Virus record (IMG/VR): IMGVR_UViG_3300027848_000009
Coordinates: 91,888-155,887 of that record
DNA: 64,000 nucleotides
Source of the DNA: a virus
Strand: one strand, 5' to 3'
The position numbers and the translations under genes are program-made. The notes under the pieces are model-generated. The model ran no database searches, was not told where the DNA came from, and saw only the letters and a program-made list of their open reading frames with translations. Within the stretch, counting starts at the first letter, position 1, and each line of letters opens with the position of its first letter. Positions 39,710 to 49,166 of this stretch are shown in pieces.

Positions 39710-41497
39710 ATGGCGGCGAGGCCGAGACCACGCAGGGGATCGTGGATATTCTTCGTAACCGCAATATTTGCGTTTCTACTACCAGCAATTCCGGCGTCGG
39801 CAACGTCTTACACGGTCACCGAGGAATCGGAGTGGACCTTCACTGTTCAGGAATCGTCCACTATATACATATATGGGAACTCGAATGAGTCCTGCCCGGT
39901 TACGACTGTCGATCCATATTTGTGGCTTTATGACTCTAGTGGAGTGTTGGTCGCTCAGGATGATGATGGAAATCATAACTCGTCCGACCAATGCGTATCA
40001 TCCAAAATTGTTGTAAATTTACAGCCTGATACTTACACTATATACGCAGGGTATTGCTGTAGTAAAAATTCATTGGGATCTCCCCCTGTTGAAAACAATG
40101 CCTTTTACGAACTAATAATTATTGATTACGAATTGTCTTCGCCGACACCCACGACATCGACAACCATATCGACATCGACAACGTTGCCGTCAACAACGAC
40201 TACAAGCACCACTACAGAGCCTGCGAGCATTGGGCCTCCAATGAATCTGACTGCATCTTTAACGGAAACGGGTGTGTTTCTTGATTGGGATTCTCCCAAT
40301 AGTGGCAATATTGACCCGGAAAGGTATGCAATATCTTGGCGCTTGCCTTCTAATCCGGGTTGGGGTGTTTCAACCGGTAATGTGGGCTCTGAAAATGCTT
40401 TAAATACTGAGTACGCTCTGTCTTATAGTCTCTTTGAGAGTACTGGTGGGATTGGTGAAACATATGTCTTCGGCATTAGATCGGACAATGACACCTTAGG
40501 TATGTACTCTGGATGGTCTAATCAAGTTGAACTTCTAGTGAATCAGCCTGTAGCCACTACTACGACTACGTTGCCGCCTACCACGACTACGACCACTTTG
40601 CCGCCAACGACCACGACGACCAGCACTACTACGACTACGACTACGACTACGTTGCCCCCTACCACGACAACCACGACCACTACGCCGCCTACCACCACTA
40701 CGACGACCACTACGACGCCGCCGCCAACAACCACGACAACATTGCCACCCACGACGACGACAACAACGACAACCACCACTACTGCGCCGCCAACAACCAC
40801 AACCACGACGCTGCCACCAACAACCACTACGACGACGCTCCCGCCAACGACAACTACGACGCCGCCGACAACCACGACTACCTTGCCGCCCACAACGACG
40901 ACAAGCACAACAACCCCACCGACGACTACAGAACCGACCACCACAACAACAGAGGTAATAGTTGGAACCACAACCGTCCCCAGACCAACCACAACGACAA
41001 CCACTAACCCGGTACGTCAACCAGAAACGATCTCCAAAGATCCGCAAAAAATCGCGAAAGCCGCAGCGGTCACAGAATCAATCGAAGACGACCAACTTGC
41101 GGGTGAAGTGTTTACGGTCATCGCCGAAGACGAGGTGACGGTAGAGGAAATCGAAAAACTCGTAAAAAACGAGAACTTTGAAACTTTGAACGACGCTCAA
41201 ATATCTTCGATAGCAGCAGCACTTTCCGACGAATCCGATGCTGTCAAAGAGGTTTTCGAGGACGAGGTAAACATTTTCGATGGTGTCACTGACGAATATG
41301 TTCCAAGTGGCTCCACTGTCACCGTGAGTGAAAGGCGTATAATTATTGCAGCTACCGCAATAGTAATGACGGTTCCGATTCCGTCGTCAAAACATGCTTC
41401 TACTCCATCTAGTGGTAGAGCGGGTGGTTCGGCGCCATCGGGTGGGGGTGGGAGTTCTTCTTCAGAGGGAGAATCTTCCAAGAAACGCAAAAAATAG
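39710..41497 (+). CDS. exported, membrane-anchored protein: signal peptide, PPC-like and FN3-like domains, Thr/Pro mucin-like stalk, acidic domain, C-terminal TM
   Basis: Basic-hydrophobic-ASA signal; DPYLWLYD..G.LVAQDDD; PPMNL...WDSP...Y...W; LPPTTTTT repeats; IIIAATAIVM then basic tail. Confidence 0.8.
   Translation: MAARPRPRRGSWIFFVTAIFAFLLPAIPASATSYTVTEESEWTFTVQESSTIYIYGNSNESCPVTTVDPYLWLYDSSGVLVAQDDDGNHNSSDQCVSSKIVVNLQPDTYTIYAGYCCSKNSLGSPPVENNAFYELIIIDYELSSPTPTTSTTISTSTTLPSTTTTSTTTEPASIGPPMNLTASLTETGVFLDWDSPNSGNIDPERYAISWRLPSNPGWGVSTGNVGSENALNTEYALSYSLFESTGGIGETYVFGIRSDNDTLGMYSGWSNQVELLVNQPVATTTTTLPPTTTTTTLPPTTTTTSTTTTTTTTTLPPTTTTTTTTPPTTTTTTTTTPPPTTTTTLPPTTTTTTTTTTTAPPTTTTTTLPPTTTTTTLPPTTTTTPPTTTTTLPPTTTTSTTTPPTTTEPTTTTTEVIVGTTTVPRPTTTTTTNPVRQPETISKDPQKIAKAAAVTESIEDDQLAGEVFTVIAEDEVTVEEIEKLVKNENFETLNDAQISSIAAALSDESDAVKEVFEDEVNIFDGVTDEYVPSGSTVTVSERRIIIAATAIVMTVPIPSSKHASTPSSGRAGGSAPSGGGGSSSSEGESSKKRKK
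40555..41010 (+). repeat. low-complexity (L)PPTTTTT codon repeat
   Basis: ACN-rich tandem sequence. Confidence 0.9.
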
Positions 41498-41505
41498 GGG
41501 GTCGT

Positions 41506-41688
41506 ATGAACTTTTTTAGGAATTTAAGAAACGAAGTTTTTGCTTTGTCTTGGACGCTTGGCGGCACTGGTCTCGTGCTAATCACCCTGTCCGGCGAAAC
41601 GTTGAAACTTGGTGTGTGGATTAGTTCCGCAGCCTTTCTGCTGCACCTGATTGGAGCAATTTTCTTCACCAAAAGTAATGACTTGTAG
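41506..41688 (+). CDS. small two-TM membrane protein
   Basis: WTLGGTGLVLITLSG...FLLHLIG. Confidence 0.65.
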   Translation: MNFFRNLRNEVFALSWTLGGTGLVLITLSGETLKLGVWISSAAFLLHLIGAIFFTKSNDL

Positions 41689-41728
41689 GATATAATAGGG
41701 TAGTTCGTTTAGTTGAGGGAGATGCTCC

Positions 41729-42721
41729 ATGGGTCGTCCATATGTAGGCTGGGATGGAAACGCTCCCCGAAAAAGGGCTGGGACCGAGAGGTTCATCAAG
41801 CTGTTGTGTGAGCGCTTCGGTAACGGCATTTGGAATAATGGTTCATGGGGCGTTCGGAAAATGAACAACTCTCGTGTTACCGCTTGGTCGGTACATGGAA
41901 CTGGTCGAGCCTTTGACGTTTCGTGGCGCAAAATGAAAAATGGTAAAGGTTACGGCAACTACGACGAGGCTGTCAAGGTTGTCGAATTTCTCGTCGAGAA
42001 CGCCGAGCTGTTCCAAATTATGGAACTCCACGACTACTACCCTCGGCCCTACGGACGCGGATGGCGATGCGACCGTGAAGCATGGCTCACCTATAGCCGC
42101 CCCACCATTGGCTCCGCGCCCGATGGGGACTGGTTCCACGTCGAGGTCAGTCCTGCTGTAGCGGACAACGAACAATTCTTCATCGACGCCTTCGCCAGCC
42201 TCGGGGGCAGCAAGCCCGCTCCGAGTACTCCGGCCGCACCACCAGCACCTAAAGTTTCCCAGCCGTCAGTCACTGACATTTCAGCCCTCGCAGGTCTCCC
42301 TTATCCGGGAGAAACCGTGAATATCGGCGACAAGGGCATGCTCGTAAAACTGGTCCAAGGCCCGATCGGCGCAAAGCAAGATGGCGACTTCGGCCCACAA
42401 ACCAAGCAGGCTGTTATCCGATGGCAGAAATCGCACCCTGTGTGCGGACCCGCCGATGGTGTCGTTGGCTCCAAGACGTGGGCGGTCATGTTCCCAGCGG
42501 TCGACGTGAAGAAGCCCACCTATCCGGGTTCCCCGGTAAGGAAGGGCTCGAAGGGTGACGCAGCTAAAGCAGTCCAGTCAAAGATTGGCGCCTACGTTGA
42601 CGGCGACTTCGGAATGAAGAGCGAATCATCGCTCAAAGCATGGCAGAAGGCTAATTCCGTTTGTTGCGGACCGTCAGACGGTGTCGTCGGCCCCAAAACG
42701 TGGAAATGCATGTTCGGGTGA
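41729..42721 (+). CDS. endolysin: Zn-peptidase (M15-like) domain plus two peptidoglycan-binding domains
   Basis: SVHGTGRAFD...WFHVE; two copies of YPG..V..G.KG..VK.VQ..IGA..DGDFG......WQ....DGVVG.KTW. Confidence 0.88.
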   Translation: MGRPYVGWDGNAPRKRAGTERFIKLLCERFGNGIWNNGSWGVRKMNNSRVTAWSVHGTGRAFDVSWRKMKNGKGYGNYDEAVKVVEFLVENAELFQIMELHDYYPRPYGRGWRCDREAWLTYSRPTIGSAPDGDWFHVEVSPAVADNEQFFIDAFASLGGSKPAPSTPAAPPAPKVSQPSVTDISALAGLPYPGETVNIGDKGMLVKLVQGPIGAKQDGDFGPQTKQAVIRWQKSHPVCGPADGVVGSKTWAVMFPAVDVKKPTYPGSPVRKGSKGDAAKAVQSKIGAYVDGDFGMKSESSLKAWQKANSVCCGPSDGVVGPKTWKCMFG

Positions 42722-42725
42722 CGCC

Positions 42726-42962
42726 ATGATTGAGGTTGTTGTAGCCGTGATAGCCGGTGTGAGTGCTGTAATCGTGACCCTCGTCGAGAAGGCGAGACGT
42801 GAGAGCAAACGTGATCACGGTTTAGTTGCCGTAAAACTCGATATTTTGGGGAAAACTCTCGGCAAATCAATCGACAGGGTCGAGAAAAACACCGTCCGGA
42901 CAGAGGGCAAACTTGACGAACACATCGCAGATCACGCTCGGGGTTCGTACAGCAGAGAATAA
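42726..42962 (+). CDS. one-TM lysis accessory / holin-like protein
   Basis: N-terminal TM, coiled coil, LDEHIADH; follows endolysin. Confidence 0.65.
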   Translation: MIEVVVAVIAGVSAVIVTLVEKARRESKRDHGLVAVKLDILGKTLGKSIDRVEKNTVRTEGKLDEHIADHARGSYSRE

Positions 42963-42993
42963 AATTGGGGAAATCAAAGTGGGGGCACGTCAA

Positions 42994-43227
42994 ATGAAAA
43001 ATATTATCGCTCGAATTGTTGCTGTATTTGTTGCTTCGGCATTGGGTGTTATCGGAGCCGGAGCGATCGCCGGTGTGTCGATCGTCAAGTCGATGGCAAT
43101 TGCTGGTCTCGCTGGGGTAGCTACCGTCGTTGAAGGTCTCGCTCGTGCGTTCCTCGACGACGGACATCTTGACACTGAAGATGTCAATTCCGTCTTCAAT
43201 TCGTCGCCCACCAAGAAGCCGAAGTGA
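42994..43227 (+). CDS. two-TM holin-like membrane protein
   Basis: RIVAVFVASALGVIGAG...VVEGLARAFLDDG. Confidence 0.6.
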   Translation: MKNIIARIVAVFVASALGVIGAGAIAGVSIVKSMAIAGLAGVATVVEGLARAFLDDGHLDTEDVNSVFNSSPTKKPK

Positions 43228-43410
43228 TTAAAAAATCTGGCCCTCCGGGATCTACTGATCGCGTCTAAAAATCACTAAATCACGAAGTCCGGAAACGAAG
43301 CAGTATCGCGCATTGCGGCTAATAGGTGGTGTAGAATATATATAAGGCCCACACCAGCCGTCTGTTCAGAAAGACCTTTCGGACCTAAATCTATCTGTTA
43401 GGATCACAAC

Positions 43411-43740
43411 ATGAGCGCTCAGGCAGCGGAAATGATCTGGAACAATGACGGGCACACCCTGTGGTTGAAGATCGAAAAAACCGAACTTCAAATCATAGAA
43501 GTAAAGTGCCCTGAGGCCGAAGACTCAACCTGTGCATCAAGCAGTGGCTGCGTCGTCAAATGGTTCGTGAACCTGTATGGCTTCGACTGCAACATTGGCG
43601 CCTGCCCGCCGGAAGAGCATCTAGAAGTGTGCTGGGCGCTTGTGGGGGACCAAAACAACCTTGACATGGCGCAACTCTGGTTCGTCCCAGTCAAGGACGA
43701 AATTTTCTATGCTTGGATGCAATCCAGAGTTCAGTTATAG
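43411..43740 (+). CDS. hypothetical Cys-containing protein
   Basis: Leaderless TAGGAT-N6-ATG. Confidence 0.7.
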   Translation: MSAQAAEMIWNNDGHTLWLKIEKTELQIIEVKCPEAEDSTCASSSGCVVKWFVNLYGFDCNIGACPPEEHLEVCWALVGDQNNLDMAQLWFVPVKDEIFYAWMQSRVQL

Positions 43741-43760
43741 CGCCTGAGGGTGGTGTCGCC

Positions 43761-44057
43761 TCAGCGCCAGTTCGACGCCGGTCGCCTCACCGTCAGCTCG
43801 TTGAGGACTCTGAGGCCTTCGCTCGTGATCTTCCAATCGTCTCTCTTGACATCTGCGATGAGTCCGAATTTCAGCAGATCTTTAACAGTCCGGTTGACCA
43901 TGTAGGGTTGTTTAAATTTTCCCAAGACATGGATCGCATCCACCAGAGTGGCGTATCCCTTTACTCTCGTCTGGCTTGCTGTCAACAGCAGCAAGTCGTG
44001 ACTTGAAGAGCCACGCTTGATTGGAAGGCGACCGGTATCTGGCCGTTTAGACGTCAT
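43761..44057 (-). CDS. winged-helix-like protein
   Basis: VKDLLKFGLI......WKITSEG wing motif; leaderless TAGCTT-N6-ATG. Confidence 0.6.
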   Translation of the reverse strand: MTSKRPDTGRLPIKRGSSSHDLLLLTASQTRVKGYATLVDAIHVLGKFKQPYMVNRTVKDLLKFGLIADVKRDDWKITSEGLRVLNELTVRRPASNWR

Positions 44058-44070
44058 AGAGTAAAGCTAC

Positions 44071-44571
44071 CTAGAACGGCTCTTGATCGACAACCTCATG
44101 ACGCACAATTTGTGGCGAAGATTGCGAAGAGGCAGGTTTCTGCTGCACCTTTCCCACATTTTTGGCTTCCAACAGCTTTTCCAACAGAGAGATAGCATCA
44201 CGGAAATGACGTATATCACTGTGAGAATCGATCAAATTTGAGTTCAGCCGGTACACATTTTGTCGATTCAATTTTGTCTTTGTAATTAACCCTTTGTCTG
44301 CAAGGAGTTTTACCGACTTGTCGACCAGTGTTTCCGAGCAACCCAAGTACACAGAGATGGCCCGCTGAGTCAAAGTGGGATCCTGCATAATCGCAACCAA
44401 AACACGACCATGCGTCGACAGCAAATTGATCTCGTTGTCCTTGTGATATCGGAACAGCTTCTTCTTGTCGAGGGCGCGCATCAAATCCTCAACGACCTTG
44501 GAATTAGCGTCAACGCCAGCAGCTTCAGCTAAAGCATCTCGAAGGGACGACACTGTAAAATCTTCACTCAT
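44071..44571 (-). CDS. MarR-like winged-helix regulator
   Basis: LSTHGRVL......P.LTQRAIS..LG.SE..V...V..L...GLI.K.K..RQNVY. Confidence 0.8.
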   Translation of the reverse strand: MSEDFTVSSLRDALAEAAGVDANSKVVEDLMRALDKKKLFRYHKDNEINLLSTHGRVLVAIMQDPTLTQRAISVYLGCSETLVDKSVKLLADKGLITKTKLNRQNVYRLNSNLIDSHSDIRHFRDAISLLEKLLEAKNVGKVQQKPASSQSSPQIVRHEVVDQEPF

Positions 44572-44676
44572 TGGACTATCCCTGCATGGGGTGATGCGGA
44601 TGGTGTACTGTGCCGATTGACATTTGCAACACTGGCCTTCGTGCTGGTGTAATTCATTATATGGAGGTTAGCACCA

Positions 44677-44937
44677 ATGCTGAAAGACTCGCTCACGATC
44701 CTAAACGATCAGGCCGAGGCAAGATCATCCTGTCGTCTGTTCGCGGTCGCCAAAGAGATGGACAAGGAAACCCGAGAAGTTTTCATTCGAACCATTACCA
44801 ACAGAAATGTTTCCGGCCGACGAATCCACACCGCCCTCAGGATTGAAGGTGTTCGCATCAGCAGAGAAAACCTGTACCTCCAGCGCGAATGCATGATCTC
44901 AGAGGCATGCGTTTGCAGATGGGACGAAATTTCATGA
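44677..44937 (+). CDS. hypothetical protein (possible HTH/Zn)
   Basis: GGAGG RBS; ATGA coupling to next gene. Confidence 0.65.
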   Translation: MLKDSLTILNDQAEARSSCRLFAVAKEMDKETREVFIRTITNRNVSGRRIHTALRIEGVRISRENLYLQRECMISEACVCRWDEIS

Positions 44938-46169
44938 ACGACAACCTACGCAAACGCTTAGCCGCGATAGAAGGCCAAGCCGATCACCAAGATGCAGTCA
45001 AAACCCGAAATATGCCAAACGGGTGGGAACCCGGAGTTGTATGGGACGGCACACAAGGCGAAATCACAACCGATCCGTCATTCGATTCGACAGCCGACTG
45101 GGCCGACCTGTTAGCGGCACGGGGTCTCGACCCCGAAGTATACGAAATCGTCGGCAACAGCGTCCGATGGACATCGTTCGACGGATGGAAACGTGACGCA
45201 CCCGGCGACGAAGCGTATAGCACCATCTGTTATTCGTTCAAAGCGGAGCTGAGAAGGAAGATCCCCGAACAAGAATCAAGTTCGATTCCAGCCGATGTAT
45301 ATCAAGCCGTTCTGAAGGCCAAAAAGCCCAAGAAGCAAGCCCCATCAGGCGACACCCATTTTGTGGTTGCATTATCAGACTGGCAGACCGGCAACAGAGA
45401 CGGAGGCGGACTCGAAATCCAAGCAGAACAAATCGCCCAACTCGTACATTCGATTCCTGACCGGATCAAACACCTTCGCAACGGCGGCCACGACATCGGC
45501 CACGTCGTCATTGCCGGTCTAGGAGACCTCGTCGAAGGGACATGCGGCCACTATCCGGCACAACAGTTCCGCATCGAAGCCGACCGCCGCGAACAAGTCA
45601 AACTCGTACGACGAGGCATACGAGACATCATCATGGCCATCAGCCCCATCGTAGACAAGGTCAGCGTACTCGCCATCGGTGGCAACCACGGAGAAAATCG
45701 AGGACTATCAGGTAAAGCGTTCACGTCCACAGGAGACAACGACGACGTCGCCATCTTCGAACAACTCGCAGAAACCTTCTCGATGAACCCCGAAGTCTAC
45801 GGACACGTCGGATTCAAACTTCCCCTAGAGAAACTCACACTATCAATAAATCTATCCGGCAAAGTAGTTGCGTTCACACACGGACACCTCGCCAAATCAG
45901 CAGGAAACGCCGGACAATCAGTCTGGAACTGGTGGAGAGACCAAGCAATGGGACGAGCCCACGAAGGCATCGCCGACGCAGACATCCTCATAACAGGCCA
46001 CTACCACCACCTCAACGTCAAAGAACAAGAAGGCCGAGCCCTCCTCATCTGCCCCTCACTCACATCAGTAGGAGAATACTTCCAAGACACCTACGGAGTC
46101 AAAACACGGGCAGGAACACTCAACTTCACCGTCAACCAAAACGGCTGGAACAACCTCAACATCCTATGA
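44934..46169 (+). CDS. calcineurin-like metallophosphoesterase / exonuclease
   Basis: SDWQ, GDLVEG, GNHG, HGH, GHYH motifs. Confidence 0.88.
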   Translation: MNDNLRKRLAAIEGQADHQDAVKTRNMPNGWEPGVVWDGTQGEITTDPSFDSTADWADLLAARGLDPEVYEIVGNSVRWTSFDGWKRDAPGDEAYSTICYSFKAELRRKIPEQESSSIPADVYQAVLKAKKPKKQAPSGDTHFVVALSDWQTGNRDGGGLEIQAEQIAQLVHSIPDRIKHLRNGGHDIGHVVIAGLGDLVEGTCGHYPAQQFRIEADRREQVKLVRRGIRDIIMAISPIVDKVSVLAIGGNHGENRGLSGKAFTSTGDNDDVAIFEQLAETFSMNPEVYGHVGFKLPLEKLTLSINLSGKVVAFTHGHLAKSAGNAGQSVWNWWRDQAMGRAHEGIADADILITGHYHHLNVKEQEGRALLICPSLTSVGEYFQDTYGVKTRAGTLNFTVNQNGWNNLNIL

Positions 46170-46780
46170 CCACAATCATCGCAATAGAAGTCGCACAAGG
46201 AGCAGCCATAGCAGCAGACGGCCGCATCTCCACCTACGACTCAACAGGACACAGCACCCAAATCGGCGAACTCCACGACACCACCAAAATCCACCACACC
46301 CCCCACTACACCATAGCAACAGCCGGAGACCTCCGCGCCATCAACATCATCAACCACGCCCTACAACCACCCCCACCCCCCAAAAACGCGACACCCGACA
46401 AACTCTACAAATACCTCATCACCAAATTCATCCCACACCTACAACAAACCTTCAACAACCACAACTACAGCATCATCCCCACCAACAGCGAACAAACCCA
46501 AAGCGCAGAACACTACTCAACGATACTCATCGCCATACAAGGCAAAGTCTTCTACATAGAGGGAGACTACTCAGTAATGAGAGACAAAGACGGCATCTAC
46601 GCCATAGGAACCGGAGCACCATACGCCCTCGGCCACCTCTACACCCAAATAAACAAACAAACAACCCTCACCCAAGCAACAACCCACGCACTCACAGCAC
46701 TCCACATAGCAGCCCACTACGACCCCCACACAGGACGCCCATACACCACACAAACAAACCCCACAACAACACCCCAATAA
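46166..46780 (+). CDS. proteasome beta-subunit / HslV-like N-terminal-threonine protease
   Basis: MTTIIAI...AADGR...TKI...AG...AIGTGAPYALG...A.HYD. Confidence 0.85.
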   Translation: MTTIIAIEVAQGAAIAADGRISTYDSTGHSTQIGELHDTTKIHHTPHYTIATAGDLRAINIINHALQPPPPPKNATPDKLYKYLITKFIPHLQQTFNNHNYSIIPTNSEQTQSAEHYSTILIAIQGKVFYIEGDYSVMRDKDGIYAIGTGAPYALGHLYTQINKQTTLTQATTHALTALHIAAHYDPHTGRPYTTQTNPTTTPQ

Positions 46781-46781
46781 C

Positions 46782-47099
46782 ATGACCCAACAAAACCCCC
46801 CCAACAACCAAAACCCGACCATACACGAAACCACATGGTTCGACCACGCAAACTGCAAAAACCAAACCCACCAAATGTTCCCCAAAGAACACAAAGACAT
46901 CACCTACATCACAGGCGCACGAAACATATGCGAACACTGCACCGTCCAAACAGAATGCCTCGAATACGCCCTCACATTCCCAGCAGCCGACATGCACGGA
47001 GTATGGGCAGGCCACACCAGCCGACAACTAGCAAACGAACAAAAACGGCGCCAAACCAAACCCACACGACCAACACTCTCCCAACTATGGGGAAACTAG
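46782..47099 (+). CDS. whiB: WhiB-family Fe-S transcription factor
   Basis: W...A.C...C..C.V...CLEYAL...GVWAG. Confidence 0.93.
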   Translation: MTQQNPPNNQNPTIHETTWFDHANCKNQTHQMFPKEHKDITYITGARNICEHCTVQTECLEYALTFPAADMHGVWAGHTSRQLANEQKRRQTKPTRPTLSQLWGN

Positions 47100-47434
47100 C
47101 CACACCTCACACCACACACCCCACAAAACGTGAAACCCCCAACACACAACCCCCAAAAATCGCACACCTCAACACCACACGGCTGCAACACCGACTCCCC
47201 AGCCAAATAGCCACGCAACACCTCATCCACACCCGGACGACGAACACCATCACACAGACGTGGCACACCCTCACGGCCACGCACAAAATCTTCGACAGCC
47301 AACAACACCAACTCTGACAAAGAACACCCCAAACGCTCCCCCTCATCCAACAACACGTTTTTTACTGAACCCCGAACCCTGACAGTCACATTGTATAGAC
47401 CGTCCGGATCGGAAGCCCGTGACGCCTTACGCAC
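47096..47434 (-). CDS. ribbon-helix-helix-like protein with C-terminal Cys cluster
   Basis: VTVRV...VK...G.SLSEL; PCG...C...FCGVCG. Confidence 0.55.
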   Translation of the reverse strand: MRKASRASDPDGLYNVTVRVRGSVKNVLLDEGERLGCSLSELVLLAVEDFVRGREGVPRLCDGVRRPGVDEVLRGYLAGESVLQPCGVEVCDFWGLCVGGFTFCGVCGVRCG

Positions 47435-47594
47435 AGTCGCGGGCGACTAGTAACCGAAAATATTCGGTGATCGTCATCCCGTAGCCGTCGGCTTGTTCGA
47501 TGACGGTGCGTTTGAAGTTGGCATCAATTTTCATGGTGATTGAGCTTTTGTCGGTGTCGGGTTGTTTGGGTGGTCTTCCGGGGTTGCGTTTCAT
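47427..47594 (-). CDS. ribbon-helix-helix DNA-binding protein
   Basis: MKRNPGRPPK...ITMKID..FK...A..YGMTITEY; ATGA coupling. Confidence 0.7.
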   Translation of the reverse strand: MKRNPGRPPKQPDTDKSSITMKIDANFKRTVIEQADGYGMTITEYFRLLVARDCA

Positions 47595-48064
47595 TGGTTG
47601 GTTACTGTCGTTTGTTGTTCGATGTAGTTGGTTGTGTGGCGGGTGTAGGCTTCGAGGGCGAATTGTCGGTCGCCGTTTGTGGTGAGTGTGTGGAGTGCTG
47701 GTCCGAGTTCTTTGAGTGTTTGGGTGACGCAGGGGTGTTCTGCCGTTTTTTTCGGGCTTTCTGTTCTGGTTCCTGTGTTGGTGTTTTTTATGATGGTTTG
47801 TATGTGGGCCCACATTTGTTGGGGTGTTGGTGGCGGGTTTTTTATGCGGGTGTTTAGGTGGGTGGTTCTGATGGTGCCTGCGGATGGCAAATATTTTTCT
47901 CGTGTTACTAGGTTCTGTATTGTTTTTCTGACTTCTTTTTCGGGTAGGTCTTGGAGGAGTGCCCACCAGCCTCGTAGGACGTGGGGGCGGTCGCTTTCGA
48001 AGAGGTCTTTGTTGTACATGCCGTATGTTTCGCGTACGATTGCTTCTAGTTCCTGCTTGTTCAT
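47591..48064 (-). CDS. replicative helicase loader/inhibitor (G39P-like)
   Basis: MNKQEL..IV.....Y...WWALLQDL....V...I.......YLPS.G.I; GGAAAGG RBS. Confidence 0.65.
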   Translation of the reverse strand: MNKQELEAIVRETYGMYNKDLFESDRPHVLRGWWALLQDLPEKEVRKTIQNLVTREKYLPSAGTIRTTHLNTRIKNPPPTPQQMWAHIQTIIKNTNTGTRTESPKKTAEHPCVTQTLKELGPALHTLTTNGDRQFALEAYTRHTTNYIEQQTTVTNQ

Positions 48065-48128
48065 GATTCCTTTCCACCACCGTTGCATGTTGGACTGTCC
48101 TGAGGGGGGCCTGTGTGGCCGTCTGTGG

Positions 48129-48554
48129 TCACCAATCCACTTCTCCGTCGTCGCTGCCCGTCGTGAACCCTAGGAAGCGTTCTACATGATCTTGGTCCCG
48201 CAATATGAGTTCAAGATCGTCGTACCGCTTTTTTTGCCGATTCCGTCCCATGTGGAAGTCGCTGACAGCACACCCGTCGATTGCTTTCAAACAGTCTTCG
48301 ACCCCGTAGTCGGCGATTGCTGACGCGACTTTGAGTCGGCGTTTCTCGTCGAGGGATGGGACCCGCTTTTTTCCCGGCCTCATAACAGAAACCCAATATT
48401 CGTAGACAGTCACGATTTCTGCATCAGACACCCCCACAGCCTTCCGACGCTGCTGCTGCTTCAACCGCGACTCCCCACGCGACCGCTTAATCACAGCTCC
48501 TCCATCAGGAGAGATCGGAACAGTTTCCTCGTCATCGAGTTTCAGTATATTCAC
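48129..48554 (-). CDS. replication initiator / replisome-organizer-like protein
   Basis: VYEYW...L..KRR.K....I..YGVE....AIDG...SDFHMG.N....YDDLELILR...VERF. Confidence 0.65.
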   Translation of the reverse strand: MNILKLDDEETVPISPDGGAVIKRSRGESRLKQQQRRKAVGVSDAEIVTVYEYWVSVMRPGKKRVPSLDEKRRLKVASAIADYGVEDCLKAIDGCAVSDFHMGRNRQKKRYDDLELILRDQDHVERFLGFTTGSDDGEVDW

Positions 48555-48949
48555 GTTGAGAAGGTTTCAAACATAGTTTTCCTCAAATAATAGAGTCTTG
48601 TTGTTCTCAATGGTTTTCTATGGATAGAAAAACGAAGACTAGTAGAACCCTTTTGGAGGGGGTCCGGGGGAACCTTTCGATTTGCTCAAAGGTTTTTTGG
48701 GCAAGGCTTCGCCGGCACTTTGCTGTTTGGCAAGTGTTCGTAAGGTTTTTGGTTGAACCGGTTCAGGTTGTGGCGGTTACTGTAGCGGTTGGGTGGTGGT
48801 TTGCAACCTACGTTGGTGAACTTTTTTTTATTTGTGTGGCGGGCTGGGCTGGTGTGGTAGTCTTGCGGGGCTGACGTGGTCGCTGTGGAGCGGGTACGTT
48901 CGGCCTGTAGGGTTGAGTTTGAGGGAAGTGTTTGCAGGTGTCACTTCTC

Positions 48950-49165
48950 TCAAACTCCCTTGCTTTCCACCACCGTTAGAGGGTTGAGTGGGGGTTGGGT
49001 GCCTTCCGGGCTTTCTCCGTGTCCTTGGTACCAGCCGATGCTGTATGCGATTTGTTCCCAGATGTCTCCGCTGAATTTGCGGGGCTCCCGTTGGCGTCCT
49101 GCTTCGTGGGCTGCAGGATATTCTGTGATGATCCATTGACGGTTGGAGAAGTCGATTGTGTCCAT
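48950..49165 (-). CDS. hypothetical protein
   Basis: 71-aa ORF starting right after the upstream gene's stop. Confidence 0.55.
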   Translation of the reverse strand: MDTIDFSNRQWIITEYPAAHEAGRQREPRKFSGDIWEQIAYSIGWYQGHGESPEGTQPPLNPLTVVESKGV

Positions 49166-49166
49166 T

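Noticed and set aside
40535-41047. Minus-strand poly-Val and Arg/Cys-rich ORFs
   Set aside because: Antisense shadows of the Thr/Pro repeat.
46571-48173. Many overlapping Val/Cys/Gly-rich or Thr/Pro/His-rich ORFs
   Set aside because: Artefacts of extreme skew suppressing stop codons; only frames with recognisable motifs were kept.
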